From NCBI GenBank assembly GCA_041690355.1, contig JAWLHK010000008.1, positions 71,374-135,373 on the forward strand: a DNA stretch of 64,000 nt. Direction: 5' to 3'. This document shows positions 9,638-17,378 of the stretch, in pieces. Both the position numbers and the translations under genes were made by a program. Every line of letters starts with the position of its first letter. The first letter of the stretch is position 1. Below the pieces are notes generated by a model. That model worked only from the letters and a program-made list of their open reading frames with translations, was not told the DNA's origin and made no database searches. The DNA is from a bacterium. GTDB lineage: Bacteria; J088; JAWLBW01.

Positions 9638-10567
9638 TCAGCCCTGCGCCTGGCGCCGGCTCGCGATGGCCGAGAGGATCTCAAAGACGAGGTGGGCGCC
9701 GACCAGCGACGTCATGTCGGCGTGATCGAGGTCCGGCGCGATTTCCATGACGTCGGCGCCCACGATGTTCAGGTCGCGCAGCGCCCGGATGCCGCGGAAC
9801 ATCTGGAGGGGGGTCAGGCCGCCGGAGACCGGCGTTCCGGTTCCCGGCGCGAAGGCCGGATCGATCGCGTCGATGTCGATCGTAAGATACACCGGGCGTT
9901 CTCCCCAGCGCACCGCGAGCGAAGCGAGATGCGCCAGCGCGTGATCGAAGTCTTCGGCCTCGAAGACCGTTCCGCCGTGGCTTCGTGTGAACGCATGCGG
10001 ATCCGGCTCGCCGTAGGGACCCCGCAGACCCACCTGCACGAACCGCGTGCCGTCGAGGCAGCCGTCTTCGATGGCGTTGCGGAACACGGTGCCGTGATGC
10101 TGCGGCGTGCCCCAGTTCTCGGCCGAGCTCGTATCGGCGTGGGCGTCGAAGTGGACCACCGCCAGGGGGCCGTGGCGCCGCGCCGCCGCCTGCAGCAGAC
10201 CGAAGGTACAGCTGTGATCGCCGCCGACAAAGACGGGTACGACGTTGCGCGCGAAGAACGCCGCTGCCTGCTCGCGGATCATGTCCTGCGCGCTGTGGAT
10301 GTCGAAGGGGTTGCAGACCAGGTTGCCGCCGTCGGCCACGCGGAGGGTCTCGAAAACGGCGATTCCCTCGCGGTCGACGCCGCCCAGGGCCAGACTTGCG
10401 CGGCGAACGCCATAGGGGCCGAAGCGCGCCCCGGCGCGATAGGTCGTTCCCGCGTCGAACGGAATGCCGACGAGGGCCACATCGGCGTCTTCCACGCCGC
10501 CGGGGCGCAGGCGGAAAAAGGAGGTGCCGCCGTCTGCAATGGTTTCGCCGATGGTCATGCGCGACAT
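9638..10567 (-). CDS. Agmatinase / ureohydrolase (arginase family)
   Basis: GIPFD, RAGARFGP, GGDHS, HFDAHAD, TIDIDAIDPAFAPGTGTP, GADVMEIAP. Confidence 0.92.
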   Translation of the reverse strand: MSRMTIGETIADGGTSFFRLRPGGVEDADVALVGIPFDAGTTYRAGARFGPYGVRRASLALGGVDREGIAVFETLRVADGGNLVCNPFDIHSAQDMIREQAAAFFARNVVPVFVGGDHSCTFGLLQAAARRHGPLAVVHFDAHADTSSAENWGTPQHHGTVFRNAIEDGCLDGTRFVQVGLRGPYGEPDPHAFTRSHGGTVFEAEDFDHALAHLASLAVRWGERPVYLTIDIDAIDPAFAPGTGTPVSGGLTPLQMFRGIRALRDLNIVGADVMEIAPDLDHADMTSLVGAHLVFEILSAIASRRQAQG

Positions 10568-10570
10568 GGA

Positions 10571-11305
10571 TTACTCCTGGAGAGCGAGGCGCACGAAGTG
10601 TTCGGCGCGCTCGCGAAGCTGTTCGGGTTGGACGTCGGGAGCCGGGTGGATCGCCGCGCCGAAGGACAGGCTGACCTCGTTCCGGAGCCGTCTCTGCGTA
10701 CGCAGCAGATGGCTGAGGAATTCGTCGTCCCCGATCCATGCCAGCGAGGGGTCGGCATACGCAATGGCGCAGGGGAGCACCGGGACCGATCGTTCGGCGC
10801 ACAGCCGGAAAACGCCGGGGCGGAACGGAAGGACGCCTGGACCGCTGGTGGTCGTCCCCTCGGGGAATACGACGATGGAAATGCCCATCGAAAGGCGGTC
10901 GACGATGCCGTCGAGCGCCTGGGCCCGGCTTGAGGCGTCTCCGCGATCGACGAAGACGATTCCGGCAGCCCGGGCGGCGCGACCGAACATGGGCCAATCG
11001 GCGATTTCGCGTTTGGCGAGGAAAAGCACCGGCTGTTGCGCCGCCAGCACGGCGATGTCGAGATACGAGCGATGGTTCGCCACCCAGACCGCAGGTTGCG
11101 AGGGGGCGCTCCCCCGGCGGGAGACCGAGAGCCCGAAGATGCGGACGATGGCGCTCGCCCAGAGGCGCATCAGCACGGCGGCATAGCGGTACCCGCGAGG
11201 GCCGCGCGCGAAGAGCGGCTGGGTCAGATAAAACCAGCCGAGCAGCATGCCGGTCCAGGCGACGAGAAAGACCAGCCGCAGCGAGGCCAGGGAGACGGCA
11301 GCCAT
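10571..11305 (-). CDS. Lysophospholipid acyltransferase (PlsC/OlsA family)
   Basis: Acyltransferase blocks VANHRSYLD, FLAK, FVDR, VFPEGTT. Confidence 0.9.
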   Translation of the reverse strand: MAAVSLASLRLVFLVAWTGMLLGWFYLTQPLFARGPRGYRYAAVLMRLWASAIVRIFGLSVSRRGSAPSQPAVWVANHRSYLDIAVLAAQQPVLFLAKREIADWPMFGRAARAAGIVFVDRGDASSRAQALDGIVDRLSMGISIVVFPEGTTTSGPGVLPFRPGVFRLCAERSVPVLPCAIAYADPSLAWIGDDEFLSHLLRTQRRLRNEVSLSFGAAIHPAPDVQPEQLRERAEHFVRLALQE

Positions 11306-11314
11306 CGGGGCGGC

Positions 11315-11860
11315 TCAGGCTGCGCGCACGAAGCGGCGGTACAGCCGATCGATCTGGTCGAAGTCGATGCGGCTGACGAGCCGGGTGTCGCCGGGTCCGT
11401 AGTAATCTTCGCGCGTTTCGACCACGCAGGCGCCGAGAGTCTGGTGCACTTCGCGGGCGGCCGTGTTCTCAGGGCTCACGGTGAACCAGCATTCGTGGAC
11501 GCCGACTTCGCGCAGCCGCCGGATCATCGCCGAAACGAGCAGAAACGTGACGCGCGAGCGGCGGTATTCCGGGTGCACGGCAAGCGTGGCGCAGTAGGCC
11601 GAACCGTCGCGCAGGATGTTGAGCACGTAGCCCACGGGGCGGTCGCCATCGAGAGCCACGAAGCACACGTCTGCGAACTGTTCCACGCAAAGGCGCATGT
11701 ACATGGCGCATAGCGTTGGTTCCCCCTGACTCCCCCAGATTTCTTCCTCCAGCCCCTTGAGCACGGTGAAGTCGTTCGAGCGCATCGGCCGAACAGTGTA
11801 GCGGCTCGGGCGCGAGGGCAAGGGGCGAATGGCCGTGGGCTGAGTAAGATTCGCGTACAT
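11315..11860 (-). CDS. GNAT family N-acyltransferase
   Basis: CFVALDGDRPVGY, motif A TLAVHPEYRRSRV, motif B TVSPENTAA, EDYYGPG. Confidence 0.85.
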   Translation of the reverse strand: MYANLTQPTAIRPLPSRPSRYTVRPMRSNDFTVLKGLEEEIWGSQGEPTLCAMYMRLCVEQFADVCFVALDGDRPVGYVLNILRDGSAYCATLAVHPEYRRSRVTFLLVSAMIRRLREVGVHECWFTVSPENTAAREVHQTLGACVVETREDYYGPGDTRLVSRIDFDQIDRLYRRFVRAA

Positions 11861-11968
11861 AGTTTCGTTGCGTTCCTGGATGTTTTTTTTCAGGTTTACG
11901 CTTGCAGGATGCAGACTGCCGGTTACGCGCCCGTTTCACAGCGATAACCCGCGTATGAAAAGCGCGAC

Positions 11969-13915
11969 TCAGCCCGGGCCCGACTGCAGAAAATCACGCA
12001 GTCCCGCGAGAGCCGCATCCGTGCGGAAGAGGGCATAGTGCGGATCGGTGCCGTCTTCCAGTTCCGCATCGATCAGCGTGACCTGCGGCAGCATGGAAAC
12101 CAGCAGCGCCGTGGCCTCGTTGGGAACCTGCCGGTCGCCGATGCCGCGGAACACCGTGACGGGCTCCCGGATTCCGGCCGCGAAACTGGCCGGGTCACCC
12201 GGATCGAGAACCGATTGCAGCAGCACGAAGAAGGGATGAAAGACGTCGAGTCGTGTCCGGACCGCCTCCGGGATGCCGGCCACGGCCCCGAACAGCTCTG
12301 CCGGAGTCCACCTTGACGGCCGATCGACGCCGAGCATGCGCAGCATGCCGGCGATCCCTTCGTGCTGGTCTTCGCTCAGCGAGTCGAGTAGTGCGGAATC
12401 GAGGAAGTATCTGGAAAAGCGCCCGCCGGCTCCGCTCAGAAGGACGCGCGAGTAGGCGTTTTCGCCGCGGTGGTGCCAGAGCGCAAGGCCCGCGGTGACC
12501 GATCCCAGAGAGTGGCCGAGCTTGCAGGGATCCGAGAAAGAGAGCACGGTGCCCGATGGAAGACGGGGGCGCACCTCGGTTTCCCAGGCCGCCTCGATCC
12601 AGCGCCGCACGTACCAGCTCTCGACGCCCGCCTGGCGCAGGTAATCGCGGAAGGCGGTCAGGTTCACAATGTTGTAGGCGGCCGAGTAGCTGTAGAACCC
12701 GCTGTCGACGAGCGGAAAACGGGCGCCGAAGAGGGGCTGGTCGTGACTGAGAACGAGCCTCCTCGCCTCGGCCAGGCAACCGGCGATCTCGCCGCAGCGG
12801 TCTGCCTGCTCGACCCGCTGGACGGCATTGTAGGCGGTGCCGCCCGTGCCGTGGTCCCAGACGAGCAACCGGGCAGGAAGTGGCGCGCCCGTAGCGTCGA
12901 CGGGCACCTGAATGACGATGCGCTTCCAGTCGGTCTCGGGTTGCCTGGCCAGCTCTGGACCTCCAGGGCCGTAGCGGAAGCGGATGGCGCCGTCGTCGCG
13001 CCCGGTGTCGGCGAGCATGCCGATTCCAGGATTGGCGTACGGCCGCGTCCCCAGGCCGGTGAAGAAGGGAACCGGGATTTCGGCCTCGAAGACGCGGAAA
13101 GGGTAGCCGGCGCCAGGTCGCAGGTCGATCTCGAAGGGTGAAAACGGCGCCATGGCGTCGAGCCATATGCGGTCGGCGCTGCCATCGGCGAACTCGGTCG
13201 TCATTTCGACCGCCGGCTTCCCCGACGGGGTCGTTCCGTTCCGGTAGCTGAGCGAGACAGCCTCGCGCCAGCGGCGTGACGGCGGTCGCCGGGTGAGAAA
13301 GTCGACGGCCGCTTTGCGCAGACAATCGGCCTCACCCTCGACGTCCTGCGTCGTGAAGATCGTCCAGGCAGCCAGCACCCGGAGATCGATGCCTGCGGCT
13401 TCAATGCGCGCTGCGATGGCATCATCCAGCCTGCGCACCCAGGGGTGCGCCAGTTCCGTCGTCACCGCCGCAAGATAGGTCGTTCCGCTCCGGAGCGAAT
13501 GTGCCGACTGCGGGCCGAAGAGGAGAAGGTTCGAGACGAGAAACGGGTCTCCAAGGGAATCCTCGATCCACTCCAGACGCAGCGGCGGGCGATGGCCGGA
13601 CCCGTCGAGCGCGCACAGGACGACCGGATCGGATGCTCCGGGCCGGTCAATCGCCGGGGGAAGGACTGTCTGCATCGGCCCGTCGAAGCGGAACACGGCG
13701 GGCACGTGCAGGCCGAAGCCACCGACGAGACGGCGGGCGCGGGCCACGTAGCTGTCGACGAGCACGGAGAAGAGATCGGCGGCGGCCCCGGCGCCCGTCG
13801 GATAGCCGGTCGGGTCGATGGTCCCGTACGGCGTTCTGCAGGTATCGGAGGGCCACGGTGCATCCCAGAACGACGGTCCGTCGGCACGGTCGAGCACGGA
13901 GGGCTTTTCGCGCAT
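11969..13915 (-). CDS. Hypothetical protein with a C-terminal alpha/beta-hydrolase (lipase-like) region
   Basis: 648 aa with FWDAPWPSD, WDHGTGG, DQPLFGAR and a GHSLG nucleophile elbow; late D (GIGDRQVP) and H (DPHYA) could complete a triad. Confidence 0.65.
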   Translation of the reverse strand: MREKPSVLDRADGPSFWDAPWPSDTCRTPYGTIDPTGYPTGAGAAADLFSVLVDSYVARARRLVGGFGLHVPAVFRFDGPMQTVLPPAIDRPGASDPVVLCALDGSGHRPPLRLEWIEDSLGDPFLVSNLLLFGPQSAHSLRSGTTYLAAVTTELAHPWVRRLDDAIAARIEAAGIDLRVLAAWTIFTTQDVEGEADCLRKAAVDFLTRRPPSRRWREAVSLSYRNGTTPSGKPAVEMTTEFADGSADRIWLDAMAPFSPFEIDLRPGAGYPFRVFEAEIPVPFFTGLGTRPYANPGIGMLADTGRDDGAIRFRYGPGGPELARQPETDWKRIVIQVPVDATGAPLPARLLVWDHGTGGTAYNAVQRVEQADRCGEIAGCLAEARRLVLSHDQPLFGARFPLVDSGFYSYSAAYNIVNLTAFRDYLRQAGVESWYVRRWIEAAWETEVRPRLPSGTVLSFSDPCKLGHSLGSVTAGLALWHHRGENAYSRVLLSGAGGRFSRYFLDSALLDSLSEDQHEGIAGMLRMLGVDRPSRWTPAELFGAVAGIPEAVRTRLDVFHPFFVLLQSVLDPGDPASFAAGIREPVTVFRGIGDRQVPNEATALLVSMLPQVTLIDAELEDGTDPHYALFRTDAALAGLRDFLQSGPG

Positions 13916-14031
13916 GCCGACATGGTACGGCCGCGCAGAACCGGACGGAAGAGCGGTAACCGAAATGTAACGCAGGCTGAAGCCGGGCGCCTTTGATGTC
14001 CCCCTCGGCTGTCCGGGAGATACCGACCGCC

Positions 14032-15609
14032 TTAGGGAATCTTCAGCCGCTGGCCGATGCGCAGCATGGCGTCGTGCGACAGGCCGTTGGCGTTGGCGAG
14101 CTGCGAGGGAGAGACGCGGTACCGCCGGGCGATGCCGTAGAGCGTGTCGCCGCGCCGGACCTTGACGATCTTGCCCCCCGACGATTTGGCCGATCCGCTG
14201 TAAACGGCGCTTCCGCGCACGGGGATCTTGAGGGTCTGCCCCACCCGCAGGATGGAGTTCGGGCGGATGCCGTTGTAGCGGGCCAGTTTGCGGAAATCGA
14301 CGCGGTGCCGCCTGGCGATCCCCGACAGGGTATCCCCGCTGCGCACGCGCACGTACTTCACAATGGTGCGCGGGCGGTCGGCAAGCCGCGTGCCGTCTTG
14401 GCCGATGGGAATGCGGATGCGCGCCCCCGCCTTGAATGCGACGTCGGGATTCAGGTAGCGGACATCATCCGGCTCCACCCGATGTACCGACGCGATGCGC
14501 TCCAGCGTGTCGCCCTTGGCGAGCGTGATCTCGCGCATCGGCGTGCTCACGGTCGCCGGCACGGCCATGAGCCGTTCGAAGAAGCCTTCGGCCGCTTCGG
14601 TCGGGATCGCCAGGGCATACTCCAACTGATCGGGCGGCGTGACCCAGCGGCGCAGCTCGGGGTTCAGGCGCTTCAGTTCCGCATACGACACGTCGGCCGC
14701 GAATGCGAGGCGGGTGAGATCTTCGCCGCCCGCAACCGAGACGGTCGTGAAATCGAGGGGATCCATGTATTGCGGGCTGAAGCCGTAGTTCTGCGGATTC
14801 TTCGCCAGCGTGATGGCCGCCATCAGCTTGGGCACGTAGTCGCGGGTCTCGCGGGCCAGGTGCCGGTACTCGATGAGCTTCCAGTAATCCTGCGTCCGGT
14901 AGCGGCGGATGGCGCGCGCAATGCGCCCTTCTCCCGCGTTGTAGCTCGCGGCGGCCAGGTGCCAGTCGCCGAACAGTTCGTACAGATCCTTGAGGTAGCG
15001 CGCCGCGGCCCGGGTCGCCTTCACGGGGTTGCGCCGTTCGTCGACCCAGTGATCGATGCGCAGCCCGTACCGCTTGCCGGTCGATGCGATGAACTGCCAG
15101 TAGCCCGCAGCCGCGGCCACGCTGTAGGCATGGGGGCTGAATCCGCTTTCAATCAGGGCCAGGTAGACGAGATCCGGCGGCAGGCCCTCTTCGACGAGAA
15201 TCTCCTGCATGAGCGGGATGTAGGCGCCGCTGCGCGAGAGCCAGAGCTCGAAGCGTTCGCGCCCATTGTTCTGGAAATAGTGCATGAAGCGCTGGACGCG
15301 ATCGTTATAGACCAGCGGGATCCCCTCGACCTCTTCGACGGCGGCGGGGGAGTCGATCGCCTCGGCATCGGGCGTATCCTCGAGCAGCGAATCGACTTCT
15401 TCGACGAAGTGCTCGCCGGTCGCCGGGGCGGGGTCGACCACCGCCACCTCATCTCCGTCCGTACCCGCCGTGGCCGGGTCGGCGTGCGCGGTCAACGGCG
15501 ACGGCGTGCCCGAGGGAATCGGGCCCTCGGCGAGACCGCTCGACTGGTGGGCGCACGCGGCGGAAAGGGCGAAGATCCAGGCGATGTAAGATGCTGAAAT
15601 GAAACGCAA
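14032..15609 (-). CDS. mltD: Membrane-bound lytic murein transglycosylase D (SLT plus LysM repeats)
   Basis: LALIESG, AAGYWQFI, VDERR, ASYNAGEG, ETRDYVPK; several LysM (GDTL..IA) repeats; lipobox LSAAC. TTG start at 15609 is inferred. Confidence 0.92.
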   Translation of the reverse strand: MRFISASYIAWIFALSAACAHQSSGLAEGPIPSGTPSPLTAHADPATAGTDGDEVAVVDPAPATGEHFVEEVDSLLEDTPDAEAIDSPAAVEEVEGIPLVYNDRVQRFMHYFQNNGRERFELWLSRSGAYIPLMQEILVEEGLPPDLVYLALIESGFSPHAYSVAAAAGYWQFIASTGKRYGLRIDHWVDERRNPVKATRAAARYLKDLYELFGDWHLAAASYNAGEGRIARAIRRYRTQDYWKLIEYRHLARETRDYVPKLMAAITLAKNPQNYGFSPQYMDPLDFTTVSVAGGEDLTRLAFAADVSYAELKRLNPELRRWVTPPDQLEYALAIPTEAAEGFFERLMAVPATVSTPMREITLAKGDTLERIASVHRVEPDDVRYLNPDVAFKAGARIRIPIGQDGTRLADRPRTIVKYVRVRSGDTLSGIARRHRVDFRKLARYNGIRPNSILRVGQTLKIPVRGSAVYSGSAKSSGGKIVKVRRGDTLYGIARRYRVSPSQLANANGLSHDAMLRIGQRLKIP

Positions 15610-15729
15610 AATTGGCTCTCCACGTGCCGCATATTCCCGGGCGGCTACTCCCTTGATTCTAGGGGGGGCGGCGGCCGGTGTCAACGAGCGGAGGCCTCTT
15701 TCGTACGAAGCTTTCTGGCCCCCCGGCGG

Positions 15730-16401
15730 TCACCAGCCGAAGTATCGGCGCACCCGTTCCCAGGCGGTCAGGCGCCCGCGCAGCTCGAGGGTCGCCGTCT
15801 CATGGCGCTCGAAGTGTGCGAGGGGCACCTGCCAGAGCACCTGGTTTTCGTTGAGCCGCCCGGGCGCGTAGAGAAGTTCGCCGGGGAGCGTGAGGTGAAA
15901 GCGGAACCCCGATTTCTCGAGGGCCATGGCGCTGAGCACGTCCTTGCGTTTTCCCGAGAGCAGCGGGAGCGCATGGACGCGGTGGGTCACCTCGGCGGTG
16001 ATCTGGCGGGCGTATTCGCGGGGGATGGTGATGCGCACGCGGAAGGTATATTCCCCCCCGTCGCCGAAGACGAGCTGGTGGCGGATGAAGGGGCTGTCGA
16101 GGTTCCCGGGAGACGGAAACCGGGCGCTGAACGCCATGCGGCCGCGGTCTTCGCGGGCCTCGACGCCATCGCCGAACCAGGCGCGCAGGCCGGCGGCGTC
16201 GCGCGGCAACTCGGCGCGGCGGATCCCCCCGGGCGCGGGGAGCCAGTCGGGGAGCACGTATTCGACCTGTGCGTCGACCGAGCCGTTCGGGTAGATGGTC
16301 AGGCGCTCTTCGTACTCGAAGCAGCCGGCGGCGCCGAGCGCGAAGAAAAAGAAAACGCCGAAGCGGGCGGCGATCAGGAGAAGAGGTTGCCGACGTGCCA
16401 C
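15730..16401 (-). CDS. Hypothetical lipoprotein (LppM-like), paralog 2
   Basis: Lipobox GAAGC-FEYE. Shares CFEY, W..P...F and a C-terminal WERV motif with the upstream gene. Start uncertain (GTG 16401). Confidence 0.6.
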   Translation of the reverse strand: MARRQPLLLIAARFGVFFFFALGAAGCFEYEERLTIYPNGSVDAQVEYVLPDWLPAPGGIRRAELPRDAAGLRAWFGDGVEAREDRGRMAFSARFPSPGNLDSPFIRHQLVFGDGGEYTFRVRITIPREYARQITAEVTHRVHALPLLSGKRKDVLSAMALEKSGFRFHLTLPGELLYAPGRLNENQVLWQVPLAHFERHETATLELRGRLTAWERVRRYFGW

Positions 16402-17012
16402 TTCAGCCGCTCCCAGAGCGACACCCGCATCTTGGCCTCGAGCACGATCACGTTCTTGCTCGGGTTGAGAAAGGCCGACATCGGGATCTCCCAGGTCGCC
16501 GCGTTCCACTCGACGCGCTGGGCGTTCGACTGCTCGATCTTGTCGGGCATGAAGACCTTATAGCGGATCTTGTAGCGGTCGAGCACGTTGCCGATGACCT
16601 TGTTCTGCTGCTCGGTCAGCTTCTTGGTGCCGGCCGAGGTCTTGTCGAGCTGCACGCGGAACACGCGGTATGGCCCCTCGACGGTGTAGCTGTAGATGTT
16701 GCCGCGCTCGGTGAGCGACTCGACCTGGTCGAAGGTCACGTAGATGCGCACTTCGCGAAACCCGGGCAGCTCGCGAACTTCAGAGCGGTACTGGGTGATG
16801 CCCGCCCGCATCTGATAGCGCGCGCTCACGTCGGCGTCGGTCAGGGGGATGCGCCCTTCGAGGTCGGTCTTCTCGAGCAGCCCGAGCGGAACGCGGTAGG
16901 CGAATTCGGCCGTGCCGCTGCCGTCGTCATTGATGTGAACGACCCCGTCGTACTCGAAGCACGCCGAGAGCAGGAGGACGAGAACAAAGAGAAAACTTAA
17001 ACGCCGACGCAT
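16374..17012 (-). CDS. Hypothetical lipoprotein (LppM-like), paralog 1
   Basis: MRRRLSFLFVLVLLLSAC lipobox; INDDGSG; MPDKIEQSNAQRVEWNAATWEIP. Confidence 0.75.
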   Translation of the reverse strand: MRRRLSFLFVLVLLLSACFEYDGVVHINDDGSGTAEFAYRVPLGLLEKTDLEGRIPLTDADVSARYQMRAGITQYRSEVRELPGFREVRIYVTFDQVESLTERGNIYSYTVEGPYRVFRVQLDKTSAGTKKLTEQQNKVIGNVLDRYKIRYKVFMPDKIEQSNAQRVEWNAATWEIPMSAFLNPSKNVIVLEAKMRVSLWERLKWHVGNLFS

Positions 17013-17170
17013 AGTTACACCGCTTGGAGGCAAGTCGGCATATCGTATCAAGCACGGCGCGCCGTGCGCAACCGCACCGCGTGAAGCGCCGAGCGCCAGG
17101 CGCCAGGCACCGACGAAGCAAGTACCTTCTGCATCAGGCACTTTCCGGCAAATCGTCAATCCTAAATCGT

Positions 17171-17318
17171 TCAATTTGGTGCGCTCCCTCGCTGTCGCGC
17201 TCCTCTCCGTTCCGCGCCGTCAGCTCGGGACGAACGGATAAGTAAGCGCCAAGCGCCGAGCGTCAAGCGCTGATCGGCAGGGACGAGGGTACTCGCTGTC
17301 CTTCCCGGCAAATCGTCA
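17171..17318 (+). repeat. 148-bp direct repeat, copy 1 (half REP-like unit plus heptamers)
   Basis: Matches 21054-21201 with about 9 mismatches by manual alignment. Confidence 0.85.
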
Positions 17319-17378
17319 ATGGAGTATCGACGATATATCGGGGTATACTGTGGGGGCCCTTTCCTACATAGGTGCCAC

